From NCBI GenBank assembly GCA_964626905.1, contig CAZVHA010000005.1, positions 51,345 to 115,344 of the forward strand: a DNA stretch of 64,000 nt, given 5' to 3'. Shown in pieces: positions 1 to 11,812 of the stretch (the stretch's first letter is position 1; each line of letters starts with the position of its first letter). The DNA is from an uncultured bacterium (GTDB lineage Bacteria; Chlamydiota; Chlamydiia; Chlamydiales; SM23-39). Made by a program: the position numbers and the translations under genes. The notes under the pieces are model-generated. The model searched no databases, had not been told where the DNA came from, and saw only the letters and a program-made list of their open reading frames with translations.

Positions 1-506
1 CATTCAAGCGCTTTTTTTTGTGCTAAGACGATCGAATCTTCAAATTTGAGCGCTTGATGAGTGGGCTGTCGAAAGTACCAATAATTGGAGAGCTTGAGCG
101 CCGTGTGGTGCATATAGTCGCTGCAGTTGAGCCACTCCAAAAACTGTTTCCCGTCGGGGATCTCATCGGCGTCGAGGAAAAGGAGACTTTCCGCCGCCTC
201 ATCGACAAAGTTAAAGCCGACAAGTCTTGAAAGACTGTGCCAAAAATGGGCTGTCTCTACCTGTTTTAAAATTTTTTTTGGAATTTTTTTTGGCAAATAG
301 GGATATTCGACAAAGAGACACTCAGGAAAAGCGGCATATATTTTTTCCAAAAGGGGGCGATTTTCCTCCGAACCATCGAAAAAATGGTCACAAACAGGTA
401 CAATGACCTGCATGGAAAAAGTGAGCGCCTGCTCGAGCGTCGATTTGATGAAGCGGCTCTCATTCGAGGAAAAATTGACAATCGTCGCAATCGGGTGCTT
501 TTCCAT
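1..506 (-). CDS. GT-A fold glycosyltransferase (family 2-like). Only the 5' part is present; the gene runs off the left edge.
   Basis: Not in the ORF track because there is no stop in the window. My own reverse translation from the ATG at 506-504 reads MEKHPIATIVNFSSNESRFIKSTLEQAL...ESLLFLDADEIPDGKQF... and stays open to base 1. The N-terminal strand pattern and the DAD (DxD) motif are typical of GT2-like enzymes. Confidence 0.6.
   Translation of the reverse strand, partial: MEKHPIATIVNFSSNESRFIKSTLEQALTFSMQVIVPVCDHFFDGSEENRPLLEKIYAAFPECLFVEYPYLPKKIPKKILKQVETAHFWHSLSRLVGFNFVDEAAESLLFLDADEIPDGKQFLEWLNCSDYMHHTALKLSNYWYFRQPTHQALKFEDSIVLAQKKALE
270..293. repeat. Perfect 12-nt tandem duplication (aattttttttgg x2) inside the partial glycosyltransferase CDS
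   Basis: Read directly. It encodes PKKI-PKKI on the minus strand. Each unit carries an 8-nt A/T homopolymer. Confidence 0.9.
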
Positions 507-537
507 GAGTAAACCATAACATAAAGTACACATTTCT

Positions 538-1881
538 ATGAATGTAGTCATTCTCGGAGCGGGTAAAATCGGCTCCTTTGTCGCCTCGACACTCGCAGAA
601 GAAGAGCACAACGTGACTTTGATCGATCAGGAAAGCGAAGCGCTCAGCCGTGTTGAGAGGGAAAGCGATGTCGCTCGGGTTCACGCGAAAGTGAGCGCAA
701 AACTTTTGGAAGAGCTCTTTGAGCAAAAACCAGATCTATTTCTCGCAGCGACGGGCAATGATGAGACCAATTTGACGTTTTCGGCCCTTGCAAAAAATAT
801 CGGATTTCCCAAAACGGTGTGCCGGGTCCAAAAAAGAGAATATCTCAACCATCCCAGACTCGATTTTCGAAAAATTTTTTCGGTCGACTATTTTTTAGCA
901 CCAGAAGTGCTCGCAGCAGAAGACCTTTGTAAACTCCTCCTCCACGCCAAAGATTTAGCAGTTGAGCACTTTGCCCATGGCGCCATTCAAATGCGCACCA
1001 TTCAAATTCCCGACCTTTGGGACAAAGGGGGGATTCCCATCGCGAAGCTAGCGCTTCCCGAAGAGCTCATCGCAGGGCTCATTCGGAGAAAAATGGCCGA
1101 AGGCGACTCCATTTTGATTCCGAGTGGAGAAGATCATATTTTGCCAGGAGATCAGCTCACAGTCGTGGGAGAGGCCAAAGTGATGCATCGGCTCCATGAA
1201 ATTTTCCATTCTCCCCAAGCGGAAATCCGCTCTGTTGTCATCGTCGGCGGCACCCCTGTCGCAGTGCACCTCACTCATCTACTGTGCCAGCAAAAAATCG
1301 CTGTCCGGATCATAGAAAAAAGTGAGATGCGCTGCCATGAACTTGCAGAAATGCTCCCGCAAGCGACGATCATTCACCGCGACGGGCGCGATTTACAACT
1401 TTTAAAATCTGAAAGAGTGCAAGAGGCCGACGCATTTGTCTCCTGCACCCACTTTGATGAAAAAAATCTCATGATTGCAGGGCTTGCAAAAGAGCTGGGC
1501 TGTCCCAAATCGATGGCCCAAATCACCAACGGGCAAATCACCCATCTTTTAGAAAAAATGGGAGTGATCCCCATCTTATCGCCCCGCGTCAACATCGCAA
1601 ATCGGATCCTTTCCATCTTAGATGAAGGGACCACCCTTTCTGTCGCCTCCTTAAGCTGCGATGCGGCAAAAATTCTCGAGATGAAAGTCGCTCCCACATC
1701 CAAGTTGATCGGCACCCCCCTCGCAGATCTCAATTTGCCTAAAGGGCTTCTCTTCGCTGTGATTGAGAGCCGAGGGCAAGTGATGGTCGGACGGGGCAAC
1801 AAAATACTAAATCCAAATGATATTGTGATCGCAATCTGCAACCCGGTTCAGATTCCCAAATTGCAACAACTGTTCCATTGA
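538..1881 (+). CDS. trkA: Potassium uptake protein TrkA (NAD-binding peripheral subunit)
   Basis: 447 aa. It has two Rossmann-type glycine motifs (VVILGAGKIG and VVIVGGTPVA) in a duplicated domain layout. It sits immediately upstream of trkH and overlaps it. Confidence 0.9.
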   Translation: MNVVILGAGKIGSFVASTLAEEEHNVTLIDQESEALSRVERESDVARVHAKVSAKLLEELFEQKPDLFLAATGNDETNLTFSALAKNIGFPKTVCRVQKREYLNHPRLDFRKIFSVDYFLAPEVLAAEDLCKLLLHAKDLAVEHFAHGAIQMRTIQIPDLWDKGGIPIAKLALPEELIAGLIRRKMAEGDSILIPSGEDHILPGDQLTVVGEAKVMHRLHEIFHSPQAEIRSVVIVGGTPVAVHLTHLLCQQKIAVRIIEKSEMRCHELAEMLPQATIIHRDGRDLQLLKSERVQEADAFVSCTHFDEKNLMIAGLAKELGCPKSMAQITNGQITHLLEKMGVIPILSPRVNIANRILSILDEGTTLSVASLSCDAAKILEMKVAPTSKLIGTPLADLNLPKGLLFAVIESRGQVMVGRGNKILNPNDIVIAICNPVQIPKLQQLFH

Positions 1882-3476
1882 TGATGATTGCCAAAACTTT
1901 GAGTCGGTATCTCTTCTACCTCTCGCTCCTCCTCCTCGCCCCCATCGCTCTATCGGCCTACTTCCAATTTTTTTCCCAATCTCACCCACAGCCCCACAGT
2001 TTTTTCCCATTTTTATGGACCCTACTGATCGCACTGGGCTGCTCCTCCGTTCTCTATTTTATCGGAAAAAAAGGAAAAGATCCCCTGTACCGCAAAGAGA
2101 GCATTTTACTCCTCATCCTCATCTGGATTTTAACTACCCTGATCAGCGCCCTCCCTTTTGTCTTTAGCAAAACACTCAAACCCATCGACGCTTTTTTTGA
2201 GGCGATGTCGGGTCTTACGACGACGGGCGCCACAGTCATCGCCCCAAAGGCTTTTGATTCCAGAACAGGCGATGAAATTCCGATCCATCTGACCAATGTC
2301 CACGTCCCCGAAAAAACCTATTCCTACTTTGGGACTATCGATCCGATCCGAGATGTTGCAACGGGCATGATCACCCACTCTGGAGTGGAGGCTGTGGGTA
2401 AAGCGCTCCTTTTTTGGAGAAGCCTTTTACAGTGGATCGGCGGCATTGGCATCGTCGTCGTCTTTTTGGCGGTCCTTCCCGTTTTGGGCGTGGGGGGGAA
2501 ATTTCTCTTTCAAATGGAGACAACAGGTCCCATTAAAGACGAAATCCAACCCCGCGTCCGGATGGCAGCTTCGCGAGGCTGGAAACTCTACGCCTCTTTG
2601 ACCGTTTTAGAGATGATTCTTCTCGTCTCAACCAACCGAGATATGCCCCTTTTTGATGCGATCTGCACCTCTTTTTCCACCATTTCAACTGGGGGATTTT
2701 CAGTTCGGAATGAAAGTATCGGAAGTTATCACAGCCTTGCGACAGAGACGATCGTCATTATTTTTATGATCTTGGGAAGCATTAACTTTTCCCTCTATTT
2801 TCATATTCTTCGGATGAAGTTTTCCAAAATTTATGTCCCCGATTTTTTTCTCTTCTTAGGAGTGATTGCGATCGGCTCTATCGCCATCTCCTCTTTTCTC
2901 ATCCCTGAATTTGGAGTGGCGAACGGGTTTCGCCAAGGGATCTTTCAGGCAGTTTCAGTGCAGACCACAACAGGCTTTTTTTCCACAAATTACGACCTTT
3001 GGCCCTTTGCCCCGCAGATGCTCATGCTCATTTTGATGTTTGTCGGAGGCATGTCGGGCTCCACTGCAGGTGGAATTAAAACCTCAAGGTTCTACATCGC
3101 CTATAAAATTCTCATCCACCGCCTCGAATCGATTTTTCGCCCCGACAGCATCCGCAAACTCTACGTCGGACCGAGTGAAGTGGACGATAAAAATGCCCTC
3201 ACCGTCCTCACCTTCTTTTGCATTGTCGCTTTTTCTACAACTTTAGGGACAATCCTCCTCGTCTTTGACGGGATCGATCCAGAAACTGCCCTCGGCCTCA
3301 TCTCCTCATTCTTGAACAACTCCGGCATCGCCTTTAGAGCCGCTGGCCCCACCGAAACCATGGCCTTCTTATCCCCATTTTCCAAGCTCATGGCCTCCTT
3401 CTGGATGCTCTTGGGCCGCCTCGAATTTTTCGCCGTTTTGCTCCTCTTTTTACCCTCATTTTGGAAAAATCGGTAG
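1881..3476 (+). CDS. trkH: Potassium uptake transporter TrkH
   Basis: Polytopic membrane protein with four pore-loop-like motifs (TTTGATV, STGGFSV, TTTGFFS, STAGGIKT). The ATG at 1881 overlaps the trkA TGA (TGATG). The track start at 1878 is a TTG. Confidence 0.9.
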   Translation: MMIAKTLSRYLFYLSLLLLAPIALSAYFQFFSQSHPQPHSFFPFLWTLLIALGCSSVLYFIGKKGKDPLYRKESILLLILIWILTTLISALPFVFSKTLKPIDAFFEAMSGLTTTGATVIAPKAFDSRTGDEIPIHLTNVHVPEKTYSYFGTIDPIRDVATGMITHSGVEAVGKALLFWRSLLQWIGGIGIVVVFLAVLPVLGVGGKFLFQMETTGPIKDEIQPRVRMAASRGWKLYASLTVLEMILLVSTNRDMPLFDAICTSFSTISTGGFSVRNESIGSYHSLATETIVIIFMILGSINFSLYFHILRMKFSKIYVPDFFLFLGVIAIGSIAISSFLIPEFGVANGFRQGIFQAVSVQTTTGFFSTNYDLWPFAPQMLMLILMFVGGMSGSTAGGIKTSRFYIAYKILIHRLESIFRPDSIRKLYVGPSEVDDKNALTVLTFFCIVAFSTTLGTILLVFDGIDPETALGLISSFLNNSGIAFRAAGPTETMAFLSPFSKLMASFWMLLGRLEFFAVLLLFLPSFWKNR

Positions 3477-3504
3477 ATTTGGTATAATAGAAGTGAGGTG
3501 AATT

Positions 3505-3885
3505 ATGGAAATAACAAATACATCAAATTATCGGTATAACAATAGTAATTATAATTGGTCCGACTTCCTTCAATTATACAACCAATTCGGTGCTGATCGA
3601 AATCTTCTTCAACACGATCTCAGCCAAACTCCCCCCAATTGGTCGAAAATTCAACAGGATTTGAGCAAGATGGAACAAGATTTTAACGCGATGGTACAGA
3701 TGGCTCCCTTCATGAAAGGGGCAAGCGCAAAGCTTCTCGCGGGAGTCCTTGGACCCATGGCCAATTTCATTGCTCAGATGAAAGACGAAGCCATAGACAA
3801 GAATACAGACGGAATGTCCAAAACCCTTGCTTTATTTAACTTCCAGATGGGCCCCATTCTTCAGGTGATTCTGCAGGGGCGGTAG
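3505..3885 (+). CDS. Hypothetical protein, 126 aa, with an Asn/Tyr-rich N-terminus
   Basis: ATG preceded by GTGAGGTG. The ORF occupies an otherwise empty gap. No motif recognised and no signal peptide. Confidence 0.5.
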   Translation: MEITNTSNYRYNNSNYNWSDFLQLYNQFGADRNLLQHDLSQTPPNWSKIQQDLSKMEQDFNAMVQMAPFMKGASAKLLAGVLGPMANFIAQMKDEAIDKNTDGMSKTLALFNFQMGPILQVILQGR

Positions 3886-3913
3886 AACCCACCCCAGGTG
3901 CTTTTCCGCAGTA

Positions 3914-5892
<1,979 letters not shown>

Positions 5893-5918
5893 TGTCTTCC
5901 TCCAACTTTTTTAAGGCG

Positions 5919-5947
5919 ATTATAAAGGGTCCTCTTGAATTAGTCAA
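5919..5947 (-). promoter_or_regulatory. Candidate sigma-70/66-type promoter of groES-groEL
   Basis: The minus strand reads TTGACT (5947-5942), a 17-nt spacer, then TATAAT (5924-5919). A GGAGGA RBS at 5903-5898 precedes the ATG at 5892. Confidence 0.5.
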
Positions 5948-6003
5948 CATTTAGCAATCACTCCCCCCTCGTTGCCAAACCTCATGGCGAGAGTTCAGAG
6001 GCA

Positions 6004-6078
6004 GCCCTCAAAACTGCTTTGCATGGACGCAACGTGGCTCAAAAGGGCGATTTTTCCAGGCAAATGAGTTTTGAGGGC
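6004..6078. repeat. Perfect 11-bp inverted repeat (GCCCTCAAAAC ... GTTTTGAGGGC) with a 53-nt spacer
   Basis: Read directly. The arms are at 6004-6014 and 6068-6078, in the divergent region between groES and the RND operon. Confidence 0.8.
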
Positions 6079-6124
6079 GGCCTCTTCATTGACGAATAAA
6101 GGGAAATTTGCAAAGTTGCGAAAT

Positions 6125-7234
6125 ATGAAGATGGTGGGATGGTTCTTTCTTGTTTTGGCTCTTTTTTCCTGTGCGAAGAGGGAAGAAAAGCGGGCGATTG
6201 TCAAAGTGGTTCCGTACACTGTGGAGCCGCGGACGATTCCGTTGACATTTGAGTTTGTCGGGGTATGCCAGAGTTCCCACTTAGTGGAGGTCCGCTCGCG
6301 GGTGGAGGGGTATTTAGACAAGGTGGCCTATACTGAGGGGGCGCCGGTGAAAGAGGGGGACCTCCTTTTTGAGATCGACGCGCGTCTTTTCGAGGCGAAG
6401 TTGGATGAGGAGAAGGCGAATTTAGAGAAAGAGAAGGCAATTTTATGGTCAGCGCAAAGGGCGGTCGATCGATATAAGCCGCTTTTTGAGCAACGAGCTG
6501 CGAGCCGCAAAGATTTGGACGATGCGACAGCGCAGCTGCTCGCCCAGCAGGCGCAGGTGAGTTTTTATGAGGCGCGGCTGCATGAAGCTGAGCTGAATTT
6601 AAGTTACACGTCGATCCATTCCCCTATTTCAGGTCTGACGACCAACTCGAGATATCAAGAGGGGACGCTGATCTCTCCTGGAGCGAACGATCTTCTGACG
6701 ACGGTTTCAGTGATTGATCCTATCTGGGTTGTTGTGAACGTATCTGACTATTATTTTTTAAAGAGTTCTGAGGAGATTGCGGCGGGGATATTAGAAGTTC
6801 CTAAGGATTTTCATTTTGATGTAAAGCTCATTCTTTCCAATGGGAACGAATACCCCTATTCGGGGGAGGTGAGTTTTATTTCTCCTGTGTTGAATTCGAG
6901 TACGGGGACATTGAGTGCAAGGGCCATCTTTAAAAATCCGGAGTATCTTTTAAAGCCTGGGCAATTTGTGAAGGCGATTGCGTCTGGGGCAAAGAGGCTT
7001 CATGCGATCACCGTTCCCAAGTCTGCCATTGTGCAGGGGGAAGGGGGGCGATTTGTCTATGTGATTAAGGAGGGGAACCGGGTTGAGAAGAGAGCCGTTG
7101 TAACCGACACGTGGTACGGCGATGATTGGATTATCACATCGGGGTTAAAGGCGGGTGACGTGGTGGTTCAGGAAGGGGTGAATAAAGTAAAAGAGGGAAT
7201 GGTTGTAGAAGTGATCGATTCCCCAAAGAAATGA
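6125..7234 (+). CDS. RND efflux pump periplasmic adaptor (membrane fusion protein, AcrA/MexA family) lipoprotein
   Basis: Signal/lipobox MKMVGWFFLVLALFSC at the internal ATG 6125. Coiled-coil hairpin region (LDEEKANLEKEK...AQQAQVSFYEARL) and SPISG lipoyl-like motif. It is followed by the RND permease. The track start at 6071 adds 18 non-signal residues. Confidence 0.85.
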   Translation: MKMVGWFFLVLALFSCAKREEKRAIVKVVPYTVEPRTIPLTFEFVGVCQSSHLVEVRSRVEGYLDKVAYTEGAPVKEGDLLFEIDARLFEAKLDEEKANLEKEKAILWSAQRAVDRYKPLFEQRAASRKDLDDATAQLLAQQAQVSFYEARLHEAELNLSYTSIHSPISGLTTNSRYQEGTLISPGANDLLTTVSVIDPIWVVVNVSDYYFLKSSEEIAAGILEVPKDFHFDVKLILSNGNEYPYSGEVSFISPVLNSSTGTLSARAIFKNPEYLLKPGQFVKAIASGAKRLHAITVPKSAIVQGEGGRFVYVIKEGNRVEKRAVVTDTWYGDDWIITSGLKAGDVVVQEGVNKVKEGMVVEVIDSPKK

Positions 7235-7241
7235 TCGAAAT

Positions 7242-10200
7242 ATGTCAAATTTTTTTTTAAAAAGGCCGATATTTGCGATGGTTCTGTCGATCATCATCGT
7301 ATTGATTGGCATTGCCTTTTTAAGGCGACTTCCCATAGAGCAATTTCCCTCTTTAAGTCCAGTGCAGATCAAAGTGATCACTCGATTGCCTGGGGCGTCG
7401 GCCCAGGCTCTATCGGATAGCGTGGCGGCGCCTTTAGAGGAGGCGATCAATGGGGTCGAGAATATGATCTACATGTATTCTCAGAGCGTAGCTCCGGGAA
7501 ATCTCAGTTTAGTGGTCTCATTTAAGATTGGAACCGATCCAAACACCGCTTTGATCAACACGCAGAACCGGGTGAATCTAGCTCTTTCCTCCCTTCCTCC
7601 TGAAGTGCAAAAGGAGGGGGTGGTGGTCATCAATCAAAACCCCAGCATTTTGCTTTTTGTGGCCATTGAGTCGGAAAACGATTCACACGATCCGATTTTT
7701 CTTGCCAACTATGCGAATACAAACATTGCCAATTATCTTGAACGGATCAATGGGGTTAGTTCAGCCAAAGTGCTCAATGCGAAGGACTATTCGATCCGCA
7801 TTTGGATTAAGCCTGATCGGCTAGCGCAATTTGGGATGACGGTGACCGATGTGATTCGAGCGGTTCAAGAGCAAAATGGGACCCATTCGATTGGGTTGAT
7901 TGGGGGAGAGCCGACAATGACGCCGAACCAATTGACGATTCCAGTGACTGCTCCTGGGCGGTTAAAAAATGTGGAGGAGTTCGAAAACATTATTTTGCGG
8001 GCTGAGCGGGATGGGGCGATGGTGCTGCTCAAGAATGTGAGCGATGTCACTTTGGGCTCTATCAGTTATAACCTTGTGGGAGATCTCAACGGCAAATCGG
8101 GTGCTTTCATCGGGATTTACCAAGACACAGCGGCCAACGCGATTGAGGTGTCGAGTTCGGTGCGATCGAAGCTCGAGGAGCTCTCGCAATTTTTCCCTGA
8201 GGGAATCGTCTATAAAATTCCCTATGACACTTCAAATTACATCAAGTTATCGATTTCACATCTTCAAAAAACGCTCATCGAGGCTGTTTTGCTGGTCGCG
8301 CTGGTTATTTTTATCTTTTTACACAGCATTAGGGCGGCGATTGTTCCGATTGCGGCGATGCTCGTATCGATCACTGGGGCATTCATTGGGATGTATCTTT
8401 TTGGGTTTTCCGTGAACACTCTCACTCTTTTTGGGCTTGTTTTAGCGGTGGGGATTGTCGTGGATGACGCGATCATCGTCGTTGAAAATATCGAGAGGAA
8501 GTTGGGGGAAAAAGAGCTGACTCCACAGGAGGCGGCCCAAGTTGCGATGAAAGAGGTGACGGGGGCCGTTGTTGCGACGGCATGTGTATTGGGGGCGGTG
8601 TTCATTCCGGTCTCGTTTTTAGGGGGGATTACGGGGCAATTTTTCAAGCAATTTGCAATTACGATTGCAACGTCTGTTTTTCTCTCTGGGTTTGTCGCTT
8701 TGACGCTGAGTCCTGTTCTTTCGATACTCTTGCTGAAAAAGGGGCGCAAAAAAGCTAGGTGGGCGATCTATTTTGATTCGATGTTTGGGGCTTTATGTGA
8801 ATTTTATCTCAAAGGGGCGAGCTTTTTGATTCGAAAGCCGCTCTACGGCATCGGATTCTTTATTGCGATGATCATTGCAACTGGGGTGATTGTGAAGTCA
8901 ACCCCGATTGGGCTTGTCCCTCATGAAGATCAGGGGCTCGTGTTGATTTCATCTTCATTGCCAGATGGGGCGAGTTTATCGCGGGTGGAGGCTGTTTCGA
9001 ATCAAATTGAGAAAATCGCCTCTCAAAATCAGGGGGTATCGGATGTGCTTGCTATGTCTGGATATAGTTTGATTGAATCGATTGAGCGTTTGCAGATGGG
9101 GGCCTATTACATCAACTTGAAGAATTGGGATGAAAGGAAGGAGAGCGCATTTCAGATCATTGACTCATTAAATGCCCAATTGAGTGAGATTCCCGAAGCG
9201 CTGATTACGGCGCTAAATCCGCCTGATATTCCTGGAATTGGGGTGGTTGGAGGATTTGATTTTTGGATTGTCAATGATGGGCCTGCCGATTATGAAGCGG
9301 TCAATCGAGTGGTTAATGAGATTGTCGCAAAGGCGAAGACGCATCCTGAATTTTCGAAGGTATTGACTTCGATCAATGCGAATAACATGGAATTATTTAT
9401 CAATCTCGATGCAGTAAAAGCGCGCTCATTTGGGGTGAACATCGATGAAATTTACCAAACACTGCAGGTGCTTCTCGGTTCATCTTATATCAATCAGTTC
9501 AACAAATTTGGCCATGTTTATCAGGTGGTAGCGCAAGCGGAACCTTCTGGGCGCGATTCGATTGAAGATATTGGGAATACGTATGTGAGATCGAGTCAAA
9601 ATGAGATGATTCCGCTGAAATCGCTCATCATTCCCACTTTTTCTAAGGGGCCGACGTTGGTGCAGCGGTTCAATGGATTTCCGGCGGCATTGGTCTCATT
9701 GATTCCGGCAATTCCCGACCCAGAGCGGATCGTATCGGTCATGGAGAAAATTGCGAAAGAAACTCTTCCTCCGGGGATGTCTTATTCTTGGGGGGGACTT
9801 GCATTTCAACACAAGGAGACGGGGGGGATGTCGGCGGCGGCATTTCTTTCGGCATTTGTGCTCATCTTTTTAGTTTTAGCTGCGCTTTATGAGAGATGGC
9901 TTCTTCCGATTGCGATTTTGATGGCGGTTCCCTTTGGTGTATTTGGGGCCTTTTTAAGTGTCCGGTTGTTTCACACGGGGGCGAACATCTATTTAGTCAT
10001 TGGGGTGATTGCGCTGATTGGGCTTGCGGCCAAAAATGCGATTTTGATCATTGAGTTTGCGAAAGAGGAGAGAAAAGCGGGCAAAGAGATCATCGATGCG
10101 GCGCTGACGGCGGCAAGGCTCCGCTTTAGGGCGATTATGATGACCTCGCTTACGATTATCGTCGGATCGCTCCCCTTAGTGGTTACAACAGGCGCTGGGG

Positions 10201-10337
10201 CAATCAGTCGCAAATCGGTTGGGATGGGGATGATTGGCGGGATGGCGATGGCGACCTTTTTGGCAGTCTTTTTTGTCCCCCTATTCTACCAGGGGATGGA
10301 GAACTTATCAGAATGGTTTAAAAATAGGAAAAAATGA
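7242..10337 (+). CDS. RND efflux transporter permease (AcrB/MexB family)
   Basis: 1031 aa starting MSNFFLKRPIFAMVLSIIIVLIG. It has twelve-TM architecture with two large periplasmic loops, and VVDDAIIVVENIERK and AKNAILIIEFAKE motifs. Confidence 0.93.
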   Translation: MSNFFLKRPIFAMVLSIIIVLIGIAFLRRLPIEQFPSLSPVQIKVITRLPGASAQALSDSVAAPLEEAINGVENMIYMYSQSVAPGNLSLVVSFKIGTDPNTALINTQNRVNLALSSLPPEVQKEGVVVINQNPSILLFVAIESENDSHDPIFLANYANTNIANYLERINGVSSAKVLNAKDYSIRIWIKPDRLAQFGMTVTDVIRAVQEQNGTHSIGLIGGEPTMTPNQLTIPVTAPGRLKNVEEFENIILRAERDGAMVLLKNVSDVTLGSISYNLVGDLNGKSGAFIGIYQDTAANAIEVSSSVRSKLEELSQFFPEGIVYKIPYDTSNYIKLSISHLQKTLIEAVLLVALVIFIFLHSIRAAIVPIAAMLVSITGAFIGMYLFGFSVNTLTLFGLVLAVGIVVDDAIIVVENIERKLGEKELTPQEAAQVAMKEVTGAVVATACVLGAVFIPVSFLGGITGQFFKQFAITIATSVFLSGFVALTLSPVLSILLLKKGRKKARWAIYFDSMFGALCEFYLKGASFLIRKPLYGIGFFIAMIIATGVIVKSTPIGLVPHEDQGLVLISSSLPDGASLSRVEAVSNQIEKIASQNQGVSDVLAMSGYSLIESIERLQMGAYYINLKNWDERKESAFQIIDSLNAQLSEIPEALITALNPPDIPGIGVVGGFDFWIVNDGPADYEAVNRVVNEIVAKAKTHPEFSKVLTSINANNMELFINLDAVKARSFGVNIDEIYQTLQVLLGSSYINQFNKFGHVYQVVAQAEPSGRDSIEDIGNTYVRSSQNEMIPLKSLIIPTFSKGPTLVQRFNGFPAALVSLIPAIPDPERIVSVMEKIAKETLPPGMSYSWGGLAFQHKETGGMSAAAFLSAFVLIFLVLAALYERWLLPIAILMAVPFGVFGAFLSVRLFHTGANIYLVIGVIALIGLAAKNAILIIEFAKEERKAGKEIIDAALTAARLRFRAIMMTSLTIIVGSLPLVVTTGAGAISRKSVGMGMIGGMAMATFLAVFFVPLFYQGMENLSEWFKNRKK

Positions 10338-11812
10338 GCCGTCTTTTCCTATCTTTACTTCTTTTGAGCGCAGCTTGCAATTTTAGGCCTGAATACGAGC
10401 GGCCCGAATTGGAGATGGGGGAAACGTATCGATTTGAGCCGGTGAATGCGAGTGAATATGCGAATCTCTCCTGGTGGAAGCAGTTTCAAGATCCGACGCT
10501 CGACAATCTGATTGAGATCGCTTTGGAAAACAACAAGGATCTGCATGTAGCGACAGCGCGAGTGCTCGAGTATAACGCCAAATACAAGATTGTTTTTTCC
10601 CAATTTTTCCCTGAGATCGATGCGCAAGGCAATCTCGATCGATTGAAGCTTTCTCAGGACGTCAATTTCCAACCCATACCTCTGAAAGTACCTCGGATCA
10701 ATCCGCTGTATGCATTTCTCTTTAAGATCTCCTATGAGATTGATTTTTGGGGGAAGATTCGGAACCAAACGGAATCGGCGAAGGCGATCTATTTGTCGCA
10801 AATTTATGCGAGACAAAATGTGATTTTGACTCTCGTGAGCTCGGTGGCAGCGAACTATATTCTCCTGAAGCAATATATCAAGCAGCTTGAGATTTCGAAG
10901 TTGACGTATGACTCCCGAAAAGAGGCTTGGGACATAGCCATTTTGCGCTTTGACGGAGGGCTAGTGTCTGAGCTAGAGGTGAAGCAGGCCGAATCGGAGA
11001 CTTTGGTTGCAGAGGTGGAGATCAAGAATTTTGAGTTATTCATTGGCAAGCAAGAGGATCTGATCAGCATTCTTTTAGGGCAAGCGCCGGGGCCGATTGA
11101 GGGGGGGCTTCTTTTGAGTGAATTGACATTGCCGCCGAACGTTCCGACCGGTTTGCCGTCAGATCTTTTGGAAAATCGCCCAGATATATTGCAGGCGGAG
11201 GAGCAAATTTTAGCGGCAAACGCAGATGTAGGGGTTGCAAGGGCTGCCTTTTTCCCCTCATTCACATTGACTGGCGACTATGGGCAAAGGACAACGAGGG
11301 CGAATCAATTTTTTGAAAGTTCGGCAACTCTTTGGGATATCGGTTTGCAGGCATTTGAGCCTCTTTTCACTGGCTGGAGACTGACAAACCAGTTGAATGA
11401 GAGCGAAGCAATTCTCTTGGAGGCGCTCTATTCTTATCAGCAGACGATTTTGACTGCGCTTAAAGAAGTTGACGACGCGCTGATCTCTCATGAGAAGGCG
11501 AAGGAAAAACTGGCGATCCAAAGGGAGCGGGTAGCGGCGTTGAAAGACTATTTAAATCTTGCGAACCTGAGATATTTCAACGGACAAAGCGACTATTTGA
11601 CAGTGTTGGATGCGGAAAAATCGCTGTTTGTGACGCAGTTGAGTGAGGTGGTGACAGAAGGCGATCTATTCTACTCTCTGATTTTCCTCTACAAAGCGCT
11701 CGGGCAAGGGTGGAACGTCGAGATTCCTTGCGAATCAGACCCTACGAATGAAGTCGAAGAAACAGACCCCGTTCTTGTCCAAATGGATTGCACCCAACCT
11801 CTCCCTCAATAG
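10334..11812 (+). CDS. RND efflux outer membrane factor lipoprotein (NodT/OprM family)
   Basis: 492 aa with lipobox LLLLSAAC. It has the duplicated TolC-like repeat structure and LDAE/YLTVLDAE motifs. An ATGA overlap links it to the permease gene. Confidence 0.85.
   Translation: MSRLFLSLLLLSAACNFRPEYERPELEMGETYRFEPVNASEYANLSWWKQFQDPTLDNLIEIALENNKDLHVATARVLEYNAKYKIVFSQFFPEIDAQGNLDRLKLSQDVNFQPIPLKVPRINPLYAFLFKISYEIDFWGKIRNQTESAKAIYLSQIYARQNVILTLVSSVAANYILLKQYIKQLEISKLTYDSRKEAWDIAILRFDGGLVSELEVKQAESETLVAEVEIKNFELFIGKQEDLISILLGQAPGPIEGGLLLSELTLPPNVPTGLPSDLLENRPDILQAEEQILAANADVGVARAAFFPSFTLTGDYGQRTTRANQFFESSATLWDIGLQAFEPLFTGWRLTNQLNESEAILLEALYSYQQTILTALKEVDDALISHEKAKEKLAIQRERVAALKDYLNLANLRYFNGQSDYLTVLDAEKSLFVTQLSEVVTEGDLFYSLIFLYKALGQGWNVEIPCESDPTNEVEETDPVLVQMDCTQPLPQ

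Noticed and set aside
5951-5979. CIRCE (HrcA operator) upstream of groES
   Set aside because: It is not called as a feature. It matches about 13 of 18 positions, has a 10-nt spacer where 9 nt is expected, and lies upstream of the -35. It is kept only as a note in a finding.
6071-6124. The longer start of the RND adaptor gene
   Set aside because: The 18 extra residues precede a complete signal peptide and lipobox that begins at the ATG at 6125.
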